DNA from: an uncultured virus (IMG/VR IMGVR_UViG_3300030688_000021)
Lineage: Duplodnaviria > Heunggongvirae > Uroviricota > Caudoviricetes
DNA: 64,000 nt
IMG/VR virus record: IMGVR_UViG_3300030688_000021
Strand: one strand, 5' to 3'
Shown here: one piece after another, positions 37,348 to 47,158 of the stretch
How positions within the stretch are numbered: position 1 is the first letter of the stretch
How the letters are laid out: each line of letters starts with the position of its first letter
The notes under the pieces: model-generated
Told to the model about the DNA's origin: nothing
Database searches by the model: none
The model's input: only the letters and a program-made list of their open reading frames with translations
Translations under genes and position numbers: made by a program

Positions 37348-39090
37348 TCAGTTTGCTCCAGTGGGGATCGGCGTGAAGTTGCCGAAGGCCGTGGAATTAC
37401 GAACAAGAGTCGAGGCCAACGTTTTCGCATGCCGGTCTTGGGCAGAGCTTACGCGGTCTGCCGTCTCGCGCGCGTCTTTACCCGCCTCGACAGAGATTGT
37501 GGTATTGCTGGAGACCGTGATTGATCCCCCAGTCGACGGCATGTCAAACGCTGACCCGGCGAAGCGACGCCGCTGGTCGGCCACCTCTGCTGCTTTCACT
37601 GCCGATAGGCCCGAGGAGTACCGCTCAAACTGACTGCCAACGATATCAGAGGCATCTCCGTACGACGCCGTGGTTTTCAGTTTGTCGCCAGCGCCACGCT
37701 CGGTGTTGTTGAGTTCCCAATTGGCAAATTCGATCTGAGCGTCAAGGCTGTCAGGGTTCAGGCCGTTCTTTTTTGCAAATTCCTTGAGCATCTTCTGGCG
37801 ATTATGGTCCCATTGGAATATGCCGTGCATCCCGATAGAATTTGTGGTGTTTGGGTCAAGAGTACCATTGGTCTCATGCGCTGCATTTCCTACAAGCCCG
37901 GCAGCCGCGGCCTTAGACCAGCCGAGTTCTTGGAAACGGCGCATCAGATATGCGGCCTTGTTTCCGCTTGCTGCGATGGCTTGCTCGGCGTAGGACCTGC
38001 CAAGGCCTATGCGACTTGCCTGGTTGTCGAACCACGCGGCTCCAGGAACGTTGGCGTCGATCCAAGAACCGGCCCTGTCGTTAGGATCGGCAGCGGTGAC
38101 CGCGAGATCAGCCAAAGCTCCGTATACAGCTGCCGCGCCAAGCTTACCGAGAATTCCGCCCTTCCCAGCCCCGCTCTTCCCACCAAAAACCCCTTTGGCT
38201 ATGGCGAGACTAGCTCCTGCAGCTACCTTGGCGCCGACGGCACCAGCCGCAACGGTACCGATAAGCGCCGGAGCTCCGCCGTGCGCCTTGTCCCAACGTT
38301 CTAACATCTGGAACATGTGGTCAAGAGCAGTGTCACCCTTACCGAGTTGGTTGAACCTCTGAATGACTTCGTCGATCCAATGGACAACGTCGGTGAGAGG
38401 CTTTACCAGGTGCGTGGCGAACTTGTCACCGGTAATTGCGAGGTCGCCGTCGAGCTGCTTCAAGGCGTCCATAAACTCTCGTGACAGAGCAGTTAAACCA
38501 CCAGGCCCGTCGAGCTCGACGCCGGCGTCGTGTAGATGCTTTTTGTACTCATCAGCGTCATGCGTGATCTTCTCGAGATTGTTCTCGAGGTACATCAGAT
38601 CCTCAGGGCCCATACCAAACTGCGAGGCAATAGGGATAGCAGCGTACAGAGGCATCTCTTTGAGCTTTTTGACGAGCGCCAGCAGCTGGTCACCGGTGTC
38701 GGTGATCTTGCCCTCTGGGTCTCCGATCAGGCCATGGAGCCACGCCTCTTTCCCAGGGTTGCCGGCGAGGGCCATCTTCAAGCGCTTCACGGCGGCTGCG
38801 GCCTCGTCGCCAGAAGAGCCAGACCGCTCAAGTGCGTTGCCGATCGAAGTGATATTTGTGGCCGATGCTCCGGTCAATTGAGAAGCGTAATAGAGGTTCG
38901 TCATATCGTAGGAGATGCTTTTGACCATCTCCTCAACTGCCACGGCCGAAGCAGTGGCAGCAGCTCCGACCTTGAGAGCAGCGGCAGTGGCGTCAGCAAG
39001 GCCCCCCTTAAACTTGGCAAGGGCGTTGGCATCAACCTTGTACCCAAGGCTAACCAGAAATTCCTTGATGACGTCAGAGTTACTGCTCAT
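37348..39090 (-). CDS. Tape measure protein with C-terminal tail lysozyme-like domain
   Basis: IKEFLVSLGY N-terminus; AAGLVGN..HE, GIFQW..R, FER. Confidence 0.88.
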   Translation of the reverse strand: MSSNSDVIKEFLVSLGYKVDANALAKFKGGLADATAAALKVGAAATASAVAVEEMVKSISYDMTNLYYASQLTGASATNITSIGNALERSGSSGDEAAAAVKRLKMALAGNPGKEAWLHGLIGDPEGKITDTGDQLLALVKKLKEMPLYAAIPIASQFGMGPEDLMYLENNLEKITHDADEYKKHLHDAGVELDGPGGLTALSREFMDALKQLDGDLAITGDKFATHLVKPLTDVVHWIDEVIQRFNQLGKGDTALDHMFQMLERWDKAHGGAPALIGTVAAGAVGAKVAAGASLAIAKGVFGGKSGAGKGGILGKLGAAAVYGALADLAVTAADPNDRAGSWIDANVPGAAWFDNQASRIGLGRSYAEQAIAASGNKAAYLMRRFQELGWSKAAAAGLVGNAAHETNGTLDPNTTNSIGMHGIFQWDHNRQKMLKEFAKKNGLNPDSLDAQIEFANWELNNTERGAGDKLKTTASYGDASDIVGSQFERYSSGLSAVKAAEVADQRRRFAGSAFDMPSTGGSITVSSNTTISVEAGKDARETADRVSSAQDRHAKTLASTLVRNSTAFGNFTPIPTGAN

Positions 39091-39312
39091 GCGCGGCATT
39101 CCATCTTCTGGTATTCTCGTCTTGGGCGTCCAACATGTCGTTCATTCTGGCGACGTCATGAAGGCCCAAGGTACCATTAACCAAGCTCTCATACAAACAC
39201 ATGCCCCGCAGCACCGGACGAAGAACCCAACCCTCGTTATCCGGCAGTGAAACCAGATCTATTCCTGCAGCTTCGGCTCGTCCGTAGGCAGGGGCTGCGG
39301 GGCGGGCATAAA
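39080..39312 (-). CDS. C-terminal extension of tail assembly chaperone, -1 frame (not in ORF track)
   Basis: Hand translation ..SLPDNEGWVLRPVLRGMCLYESLVNGTLGLHDVARMNDMLD..; open back to a TTTT run in the upstream gene. Confidence 0.7.
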
Positions 39313-39663
39313 ACGCGACAGGTTGTCCACAATGACAGCGTCTACCAGCATAATCATAGTGTCCATGCCGATGTCGCTAAACATCAGGCCACCCCCCTTG
39401 GCCTGGACTGGAGCCCAGCCCGTATCCTGCTTCCGATAGACAACGCCAAGGCAGGTACGGAGGATGAACTCAGCGTCTTCGTTCTCCATTCCGCGGAACG
39501 CCATGGTGTACATGAAGACGACTTCTTCCGGCTCCACGGCCTTCGGACGGGTTACGATGTTCCCCACCAGCAGCGCGGGGAGGCGCCGAGAGACATGGAA
39601 CTGCGTGAACACGTCCATGTCGCCGGCGCGGTACTCAGCTCCGTTGATGGGGAACTCGATCAT
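39259..39663 (-). CDS. Tail assembly chaperone
   Basis: Between tube and tape measure; QFHVSRRL. Confidence 0.85.
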   Translation of the reverse strand: MIEFPINGAEYRAGDMDVFTQFHVSRRLPALLVGNIVTRPKAVEPEEVVFMYTMAFRGMENEDAEFILRTCLGVVYRKQDTGWAPVQAKGGGLMFSDIGMDTMIMLVDAVIVDNLSRFMPAPQPLPTDEPKLQE

Positions 39664-39666
39664 GGT

Positions 39667-40113
39667 TTAGACTCCGGCGCCCAGAGAACGGTCGATAGTG
39701 ATGGCGTCGAATTCCCACTCGACCGGTTTACCCTCGGTCGCGTAGATGATGTCTGGGGCCTTGCGGAACGCGACCTGCTGGCAGGTGACGGCGTCGCCCG
39801 AGACAAGACCGGCGCCGGAGATGATGTTTTGACCGTGGGCCGACGACGACGCGGTCTGGAAGGCGTACATTGCGGAGAGAAGCGAGTTGTTCGGAGAATT
39901 TTTCAGCAGCCTGACAGTGATCTTGCCAGACTTATTGGCCTTAAGGGTATGCATACCGTTGCCGTCAGCGCCAATGTCCATCTTGTTGACTTCTTCGGTC
40001 GGCGAAAACGTGATGCCCTCACCGTCAGCAGCAGAGCCGGCGCCGAGGTTCACCATACCCCCAGGCCCGACAAGGGCGCAGTTGAAATCAAGGAACGAGT
40101 AGGAATACGACAT
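39667..40113 (-). CDS. Tail tube protein (DUF3277-like)
   Basis: YSFLD, IGADG.GMH, SP.N..L. Confidence 0.88.
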   Translation of the reverse strand: MSYSYSFLDFNCALVGPGGMVNLGAGSAADGEGITFSPTEEVNKMDIGADGNGMHTLKANKSGKITVRLLKNSPNNSLLSAMYAFQTASSSAHGQNIISGAGLVSGDAVTCQQVAFRKAPDIIYATEGKPVEWEFDAITIDRSLGAGV

Positions 40114-40130
40114 GGTTCAAAGCTCCTGAA

Positions 40131-41621
40131 TTACTGGTTGACCACAACACCGACAACGACATCATGAATGGCTCCGGCAAGCTTCAAGGCAACCTGGAAG
40201 GGTACCGAGATGCGGGCCGCACGGTCGGCCTGAGACTGGGACGAAATCGGAGGGGCATAGACGTAGAAGCCCTTTGGCAGGAAGTCGCCTTGGCTGAGGG
40301 TACCAAAGCCGGCGCTGTTCCACTGCCCGGGGGCCGCGGTTCCATTGGTAACAGCCTGGCCGCAGACCTGCTCGATATTCGTCAGCAGCACATGATTGCC
40401 GGCGTCGGTCTGAGGGATCTTCGTGGGGCTGGTGTACAGCGCATTGAAGAGGGTAGTCTGAAGATCAGAGACAAACCAATCGACGTCGGTGATCGTGTCA
40501 ATGAACTGCCCAGACGCCACCTTGCCCGGTTCGATGATCGTGGTGTCGTTGTCGTAAGCGACGTACACGTTACAATTCTTGCTTTCGAGCGCGCTCATCT
40601 GAGTCGTATTCAAGGTCTCAGCAATGACACCAGGCTCGGCCTTGTACATCAGCGTGATGGCGGTGCTGTTGCCGTTATAATCGACGACGATCGCGCGTCC
40701 GAGCAGCGAGCAAACGGCATACGCGGAGGACGAGCTGAACTGCACCAGGGTCTTATTGTACCCGAGAGACTTCATCACGTAGGCGATGTCAGTGGTGCTG
40801 GACGAGGTGAGCACTCCCGCTTCCTGAGTACTGATGCCATACAAGTGGCGGGTGTTCGAGGCCTCGATATAGGCGCCCACAGCTTGGTGGTCACTGTCAG
40901 ACGCGCCGCAGATGAACAGGGCGTACCACGACTGCCCAAAGTTGGCGTCAAAGGTAGTCACGGCAGAAATGGCGGTTTCAGCTGCGATGCCGGGGACAGA
41001 ATATGAGCCAGAGGAGCCGACCGTCAGGCCGAGCATTCCAGAAATGTCGGTGCCAGAGATGGGGGCGATCGCAAAGCCGACGGCCGAAGTCGTGCCGGTC
41101 GAGTTCGACGTGATGATGAACTGACTGAAGTTCGAGTTCCAGGTGACGACTGCGCCGGTCAACACGGCATTGATGACAGAAGCCACGCCGTTCAGGTTGG
41201 TCACGTTGGAGAAGTTCAGACTGGCGACGTTCTGAGCAGAGCCACCGTCGATCGTGACCTCGAAACCGCCTGAGGTGACGGCAGTCCAGACAGACAGCGC
41301 CTGCTGGGCGGTGGAGAGCGTCGATCCCACAAGTTGACCGCTCGAGGCCGTCTTGGCCCAGCGCCCGATGCTCAGTGAGGTCGGCTGAGGGCTCTGGCCG
41401 AAGTAGTCGACCGCCGCGTAGTATTCAGGGGAGGCGGTGCCAAAATCAGAGGCGACCTCAGTCGGACCCGAATAATTGCGGATCCGCTCAGAGGTATCGA
41501 TGACATTCGATGAGCCGAGAACCAGAAGTGTATTGAGGTTTTGCATCTGCGCAGCCTGGGGCGTCAGAACAACACCAACCTGGATGAGCCGAGAAATGGG
41601 AAGCGCGTTTGCCATTGTCAT
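40131..41621 (-). CDS. Tail sheath protein (DUF3383-like)
   Basis: DFG..SPEY.AA..YF.QSPQP, KIPQTD.G, LAGAIH. Confidence 0.93.
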   Translation of the reverse strand: MTMANALPISRLIQVGVVLTPQAAQMQNLNTLLVLGSSNVIDTSERIRNYSGPTEVASDFGTASPEYYAAVDYFGQSPQPTSLSIGRWAKTASSGQLVGSTLSTAQQALSVWTAVTSGGFEVTIDGGSAQNVASLNFSNVTNLNGVASVINAVLTGAVVTWNSNFSQFIITSNSTGTTSAVGFAIAPISGTDISGMLGLTVGSSGSYSVPGIAAETAISAVTTFDANFGQSWYALFICGASDSDHQAVGAYIEASNTRHLYGISTQEAGVLTSSSTTDIAYVMKSLGYNKTLVQFSSSSAYAVCSLLGRAIVVDYNGNSTAITLMYKAEPGVIAETLNTTQMSALESKNCNVYVAYDNDTTIIEPGKVASGQFIDTITDVDWFVSDLQTTLFNALYTSPTKIPQTDAGNHVLLTNIEQVCGQAVTNGTAAPGQWNSAGFGTLSQGDFLPKGFYVYAPPISSQSQADRAARISVPFQVALKLAGAIHDVVVGVVVNQ

Positions 41622-41627
41622 GTACCC

Positions 41628-42230
41628 TTATTGACTGACTGTGACGGTGACACTCGGGGTGTCTATCTCGTTCTGCGGATAAACCACGAGGTCGGCGGCG
41701 AGAATGGTTAGGACTGGATAGGTGCGCTCAATCAAGCGCCGAACACGGAAGGGCATATCAAGCCTGTAATACCAGAGCGTGTTGAGCAAGACCGACGCCC
41801 CACGAGGACCTTTGACTTCAATCAGCGACACCTTGGCAGCCCTCAGGGTGTCGAGGTTCTGGCCAACACTGAGCCCGTCACGGATTAAGCTGTACGTGTC
41901 ATCGGCTGAAGGACCGTAGATGCTGCAGAGGATTTCCAGCTCCTCCTGTCTAGACACGACATCGGCGCCATTGCCGCCATTCAGAGTAGGATCGTGTTTG
42001 ACGAAGGCATTGGCGTCACCGCGGCGATGCGCAATTCCGAGCGACACCCAGGTCGTGCTGTTGCTCGGAGGAGACGGGAGCGTCACCTGCCAACGAGGGC
42101 GGACCATGGTTCCATCAAGACCGGTCAGTCCAACGATAAGACGCTGGAACAGAGCGATCAGATTAGCGTCCTCAAGGGGAGGATTGGCGTCCATGGGAGT
42201 GAGAAAGCCTGCGACGTTGCTTGGCATCAC
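41628..42230 (-). CDS. Tail terminator/neck protein
   Basis: VRPRWQ, YGP; synteny. Confidence 0.78.
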   Translation of the reverse strand: MMPSNVAGFLTPMDANPPLEDANLIALFQRLIVGLTGLDGTMVRPRWQVTLPSPPSNSTTWVSLGIAHRRGDANAFVKHDPTLNGGNGADVVSRQEELEILCSIYGPSADDTYSLIRDGLSVGQNLDTLRAAKVSLIEVKGPRGASVLLNTLWYYRLDMPFRVRRLIERTYPVLTILAADLVVYPQNEIDTPSVTVTVSQ

Positions 42231-42586
42231 GGAGCACTCGTCAGGTTGATCATGTCACACTCGGCCTGATAAAACCCAAAGTGCGACAAGTTGGTTACCT
42301 TGCGGACTAGGTACGTGCTGCCTCCCCACGCGATGTTGTCAGCTTGGAAGCCGGTGGCCGCGTCAAGAAGCTTTGTCTTGGTGTAGATGGTGACGTTGTC
42401 CTGTGAGTGGACATACTCAGCTTCGAGCACCATTGGATTGCCCTCAGTGGCGACCGTGCCAATGAGCTCAAACGTGCTCTCGACCACACGACCAACACCG
42501 TCATCACCGATGACAGAGGCGCGTCGAGTGACAACGACTGTGGAGGCAAAATCAGGATCTTGGACGATATCGCCAACGTCAATCAT
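42227..42586 (-). CDS. Head closure protein
   Basis: DV.D...DPDF; synteny. Confidence 0.72.
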   Translation of the reverse strand: MIDVGDIVQDPDFASTVVVTRRASVIGDDGVGRVVESTFELIGTVATEGNPMVLEAEYVHSQDNVTIYTKTKLLDAATGFQADNIAWGGSTYLVRKVTNLSHFGFYQAECDMINLTSAP

Positions 42587-43173
42587 TTGGTGCGCCTCCG
42601 AAGGACGTAGGTGACTGAGTTGCGCATCTGGCCGGTGTTGACCAACGGCCTAATCCCAGCGGCATCTTGCGCCTGGTCTGGGGCAATTCCGTCACTGACC
42701 ATCTGAAGATATTTCTTCTCGCTCTTACGACGCGTGGCAGTTCCGCGGGCCTTGGCTCTGGCGGCGATGGTCGCCGGCTTCAGCGCCTCGAAGTCGCCGT
42801 TCTGGATTACGTGGCGGACTGACGAAACTGCAGCCATGCCGGCCGCGCTCAAAGCGCTGGTAGCTCGTCCCTCATCGGAACTCAGCAGGGCCTCTGCGCC
42901 ACCTCGCAAACAAGTAGCGATCTCGGCCTGGGCTTCTTTGACACCCGGAACCAAGAACGGGCGAGCTGGGATCCCAAGCTCAGGAGCACCAGTTTCTTGG
43001 ACGTAGGCGATCATCGCGTTATTGGGGCCGCCAGACTCTTCTCGGTCAGACTCTTCTCGGTCGGCGTTCTCCGACGGAACACCGACCATGACAACGCGTC
43101 CGACGAGATCCTGAATGCTCTTCAGGACTTTGTCGACGTTATCCTTGGTTACGGTAGTTCCGTTCTTTGCCAT
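42583..43173 (-). CDS. Neck/tail completion protein
   Basis: VGVP, IPARPFL, PLVNTGQMRNSVTY. Confidence 0.82.
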   Translation of the reverse strand: MAKNGTTVTKDNVDKVLKSIQDLVGRVVMVGVPSENADREESDREESGGPNNAMIAYVQETGAPELGIPARPFLVPGVKEAQAEIATCLRGGAEALLSSDEGRATSALSAAGMAAVSSVRHVIQNGDFEALKPATIAARAKARGTATRRKSEKKYLQMVSDGIAPDQAQDAAGIRPLVNTGQMRNSVTYVLRRRTK

Positions 43174-43174
43174 T

Positions 43175-43561
43175 CTACACCACCAACGCGCCGGCGCCGA
43201 CCATGCGGGTATACTGAATGAACCTGGTTCCGTAGTTGGTCAGGTTCCAGTTACCGGCTCCGTCAATCATGCCCGCCCCGGTGTCGTAGCTGACGCTGAC
43301 AGGGCCGACAGACTTAGAGGCGATAGGACCAGATGACTGACCTGGAACAGAGCCACGAGCACCGGACGCCACGTTCGGAGCTGAAAGAGCCAATTGATGA
43401 GCCACAAACAACCCGGTACCGACGTCCAGCAGCTCAGCCCAACGTGTCACGTTCAGCTGAATGGACGCCACATAGAGCCACTGGGTTATCGCGGCGTCTG
43501 TGTAGACGGTGGGGTCGGTGAACTCAGGATATAGGTCTCGGAACGTGGCGGCGGTCAGCAT
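43175..43561 (-). CDS. Head-tail adaptor (DUF4054-like)
   Basis: FR..YPEF, AHQL, SVSY, T.YG..F. Confidence 0.88.
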   Translation of the reverse strand: MLTAATFRDLYPEFTDPTVYTDAAITQWLYVASIQLNVTRWAELLDVGTGLFVAHQLALSAPNVASGARGSVPGQSSGPIASKSVGPVSVSYDTGAGMIDGAGNWNLTNYGTRFIQYTRMVGAGALVV

Positions 43562-43565
43562 GGCC

Positions 43566-43865
43566 CTAGCCCTTCTTGCGCTTGACGGCATCGATCTTGG
43601 CCCGAGCTTTGGCGGCGCCTTCGACGTCATTCTTGGCTTCAGCGTCCTCGAGCTCGGCGACGTCTTCGGCCAGTTCGACGGCATCTTCGTCGTCATCCGG
43701 AGCCTCACCGAGCACGACGCCACCGGCAGCTTCGAAATACCAATGCTCGGTCAGGCCCTTGTCCCGAGGCGAGATCCCTGCGGGGATCTTAATCTGCTTT
43801 CCGTCGTTGCCGGTGATCGTAATCCCGCCGACCGGAACATTCACGAGAACTTTGCTCATCTTCAT
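43566..43865 (-). CDS. Small virion-associated protein
   Basis: RBS aggaga; HWY motif; follows MCP. Confidence 0.7.
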   Translation of the reverse strand: MKMSKVLVNVPVGGITITGNDGKQIKIPAGISPRDKGLTEHWYFEAAGGVVLGEAPDDDEDAVELAEDVAELEDAEAKNDVEGAAKARAKIDAVKRKKG

Positions 43866-43916
43866 CTCTCCTGAGATCGGTTCGCGGGGAGGACCTGAGA
43901 TCCTCCCCAACGTGCC

Positions 43917-44954
43917 TTAGATGCCGTCAGCGTACTGAACGGTTTCGGGGTAGACGAACTCGACGCAACCCAGGCGGCCGAAGTAGGTGGTCAGCTGGTA
44001 GATCGAGCGATATTCGACCGGAGTGCGCTGCAGCGGGACCAGGGGGTACCGCACACGGTCTTCTTCCTGAGTGTAGGCGACCATGCGATCGGCGCCACCG
44101 GCACCACGGCCGACCAGCCACTTGCACGGCTGGATGTCAAGATCACGGCCCTGGCCGGTCTTCAGCAGATTGTTTTCCTTCAGGAACTGCATGATGGAGA
44201 TATTGCCGGCGGTGCTGACCTTCTTGCTGACGAGCAGCGAGAACTGGGTCGGGGGCAGCAAGAGCTTCTCGGGGATGATGGCCCAGCCGGAAGCGGCCCA
44301 GGCGGCGTTGACCAGGGTGTTGACGTCGTTCAGGATCTGGTCAGCCGCAGTGCTGCCACCCGACGTGTCGTCGGCGATCTTCTGAGCCCAGGTGGTGTGG
44401 CCGGAACCGTTGGCCACCACGTTCGAGGCGGTCACCAGCAGGGAGTTCAGCAAGCCGTAAGCACCGAGCGTCGAGTCGCCGATGTAGACCTGCTCATCCA
44501 CGTCCATGTTGTGCTTCAGCTTCAGGGCGTTGTATTTCTGCACGTCGATCGGGCGGCCCAACTTCTGGGCGGACTCGAGCTCGGGCACGGTGAAGCTGAT
44601 TTCCTGGCCCCAGAGGTACAGGGGGTTGGTGGTCTTGCCGATGTCCAGGGCCATCGAGGTGATGGCGTTGCTGTCCTTGCCAATCCAGCTCTTGCCACCA
44701 GGGGCCATGCCGCCAGCCGCGGCAAACGAGGAGTTGGTGAATGAGCTGTATTCATCGGCCATGCTCACGTCGGAGCGCAGGTCGATGTCTCGGCTCCAGG
44801 TCACGCTGACCAGCGGCTCGTGGAGTTTCTGGTCGAGGCGCTCAAGTTCACCGATCAGGAACGAACCGGTACTGTCGACGGTCCGAGCGTCAAAGGTCGT
44901 GAAGGCGTCGCGGGTTCGGGCGCGGATCAGACCGGGCTTTTTCGGGGTGTGCAT
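43917..44954 (-). CDS. Major capsid protein (DUF2184-like)
   Basis: FLIGELERLD, GRPID, YIGD..YGLLN, VYPET..Y.DGI. Confidence 0.93.
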   Translation of the reverse strand: MHTPKKPGLIRARTRDAFTTFDARTVDSTGSFLIGELERLDQKLHEPLVSVTWSRDIDLRSDVSMADEYSSFTNSSFAAAGGMAPGGKSWIGKDSNAITSMALDIGKTTNPLYLWGQEISFTVPELESAQKLGRPIDVQKYNALKLKHNMDVDEQVYIGDSTLGAYGLLNSLLVTASNVVANGSGHTTWAQKIADDTSGGSTAADQILNDVNTLVNAAWAASGWAIIPEKLLLPPTQFSLLVSKKVSTAGNISIMQFLKENNLLKTGQGRDLDIQPCKWLVGRGAGGADRMVAYTQEEDRVRYPLVPLQRTPVEYRSIYQLTTYFGRLGCVEFVYPETVQYADGI

Positions 44955-44970
44955 TTGCGAGGTCTCCCGC

Positions 44971-45468
44971 TTAGACGTTGAAGGCGATTTCGGTGTTGCC
45001 GTTGGCATCGGCAGGACCGGTGTAGATGGCGTCGGTCAGCAGAATGGTGTTGGTGCTGTCGGCCGCGGCTTCGAACCCACCAATCGGCTTGCCAGTGGCC
45101 GCAGCGGCGACGCGGACATACACAGCACCGTCGAGCGCCGAGGCCGTGGCGCCGTTGAGCTTGACGGTGATGTAGCCGCGGCGCAGAACGTTGCCGATGC
45201 CGGAGGAGGGCGGAGTCGAGGTACCCAGGCCGTCGGTGCCGTTGCCGGTGGTCGGGAACGGGCGGACGTAGATGCCGTAGACCGCCTCAGCCGCGTCGCC
45301 GGTGGTGATGGAGCGAAGAGCCTTGCTCGTGGCGTCGATGGCGACGGCAACGCCGAAGGTGGTCGGATAGTTGGTGGGGTCCAAAGGACGGGCTTCGATC
45401 GTGGCGGCCGAGGACCGGGTCACGGCGCCGGGAACGCCGGCCGGCATGCGGTAGGTGAAAGCAACCAT
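44971..45468 (-). CDS. Capsid decoration/cement protein
   Basis: YRMPAG.PG, RPFPT, LRRGY.TV. Confidence 0.82.
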   Translation of the reverse strand: MVAFTYRMPAGVPGAVTRSSAATIEARPLDPTNYPTTFGVAVAIDATSKALRSITTGDAAEAVYGIYVRPFPTTGNGTDGLGTSTPPSSGIGNVLRRGYITVKLNGATASALDGAVYVRVAAAATGKPIGGFEAAADSTNTILLTDAIYTGPADANGNTEIAFNV

Positions 45469-45480
45469 TGCTTGAGCTCC

Positions 45481-46863
45481 TTACTTGTGCTTCCAGAACG
45501 CACGGTTCTGGGCGTTGATGTCGGCGACGTTCTTCGGGCCGATGCCCACGTTGCCGCCGAGGTCTTTACGGATCACGGGGCTGTTCTGCTTGCCGACCAC
45601 AGCAGCCGCGCCGTTGAACAAAACGGCGACTGAGTCACAAGTGGCGGTGCGCAGGTTGAGCTTATTGCCGGCCAACACCGAGCTGATGGCGTCACGGCTC
45701 TTGCCACCGACGGCCCACGCCTTCTTCAGGGCGTCCTTGCGGAACTTGCACAGGGCGTCGCGGGTCGTCTTGGGGTTCTTGCTGTCGACGGTCGGGAACT
45801 TAATGCCGGGCACCAGGATTTCGGCTCGTGAGAAGGTGTTGCGGGCCTCGGTCGACAGAGTGCCCATGGCAGCGTCACGGCCCTTGGCCTTGTCTTCGCC
45901 GAGGATTTCACCGCCCTCACCTTCTTCACCACGGCCTTCACCACGGCCTTCGCCCACGACCTCTGCGTCCTCGCCGAGGACCTCACCGCTTTCTTCTTCA
46001 TCCTCGGCCGACTCGGGGTTGGCCAGTTTGGCCACGGCCTCAGCCAGGTCTGCCAGGGTGTTTTCGATCGCTTCAAAGCGAGAGTCGACGTCGGATCCAC
46101 CAGCATCGGGACGCTCGGTTTCATCCGCGTCAGACACCGGAGCTTCCTCGGCCTTGGCGCCGAGGTGGACGTGGACGTGGGTGTCACCACGACCGGCTTC
46201 GACCGGGCCTTCCTCGTCATGGACCTCGCCGAGATCGATCCCAGCATCTTCCATCAGTTTCTCCACGCCTTCGGCATCCTTGCCCTTGATCAGGGTGCGA
46301 ACGCGGTCGCGCAGCGTAACCTTCTTGACTGCCATTGCTTTATCTCCAATTGCGCATCGAGGACCACAGCGGCCTTTTTCAACGAGTGCGACATGGTTTC
46401 CGATGATGTTGTGCTGCTGGCCGACGCCGGCACTCAGCTGCTCATAGTCAGCGTCATAGCCGCATGATACTTCACGCTTACCATCCTCGATGTCCTTGAT
46501 GGCTTGCAGGTCTGTGATCACGAGGTCGGCCAGCAGGCAATCCTCAAGCTCACCCTCTCCGCGGCGCACGTTTTGGACGTGGCCGACGGAAAGTTCCTTC
46601 CAATTCTCTGGAGTGACGTCTTCCTCGGGATGGTCATTGACCGAGGCTTTGCCCTCGAACGACGCGATCGTCGCGGGGCTGAATAGCTCTTCAGGAGTGC
46701 GGGTCACGCGGATCAGACCATCCTTCCCTGCGTCGACCGGAATTTCACCCTCAGCGTAGAGCATCGGGGCCGTGCTGGCGATTGGCACGTCGTAGCAGAT
46801 AAGGAAACCTTCGGGCGTGAATGCACGCTTGGAGCCGAATGAACCCTTGCTGTAAAACTTCAT
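45481..46863 (-). CDS. Prohead protease/scaffold (DUF2213-like)
   Basis: TPEGFL, SFEG...DHP, EVSCGY, NHVALV..GRCG. Confidence 0.92.
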   Translation of the reverse strand: MKFYSKGSFGSKRAFTPEGFLICYDVPIASTAPMLYAEGEIPVDAGKDGLIRVTRTPEELFSPATIASFEGKASVNDHPEEDVTPENWKELSVGHVQNVRRGEGELEDCLLADLVITDLQAIKDIEDGKREVSCGYDADYEQLSAGVGQQHNIIGNHVALVEKGRCGPRCAIGDKAMAVKKVTLRDRVRTLIKGKDAEGVEKLMEDAGIDLGEVHDEEGPVEAGRGDTHVHVHLGAKAEEAPVSDADETERPDAGGSDVDSRFEAIENTLADLAEAVAKLANPESAEDEEESGEVLGEDAEVVGEGRGEGRGEEGEGGEILGEDKAKGRDAAMGTLSTEARNTFSRAEILVPGIKFPTVDSKNPKTTRDALCKFRKDALKKAWAVGGKSRDAISSVLAGNKLNLRTATCDSVAVLFNGAAAVVGKQNSPVIRKDLGGNVGIGPKNVADINAQNRAFWKHK

Positions 46864-47158
46864 TCCGACCCTCCAAGGTCTATTGCCCATCCGTAGAGGT
46901 ATGGCGCCGCTGGGTATACCATAATTGGTGTGGTATGTACACTATTATTTGGTGCCAAACCAATAATTACTCACCAGACCAGCAGAGTGGCCAGTGCTAG
47001 TGAGTAAAGGCCAAATACCCATCATTCAGGAGGCGTTGTGGCGTTCACGTTTGGCGCCTCAAACCCAGGCCAGCCTTCATCCACATCGAAGCACTTCTCA
47101 CACGGCGCACTGTCCACTGGACCAGCCGCGTGCTTACATCCGCAGCATCCTTGTTCCG

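Noticed and set aside
44506..46447. Long plus-strand ORFs across head genes
   Set aside because: Antisense shadows of high-GC3 minus-strand genes
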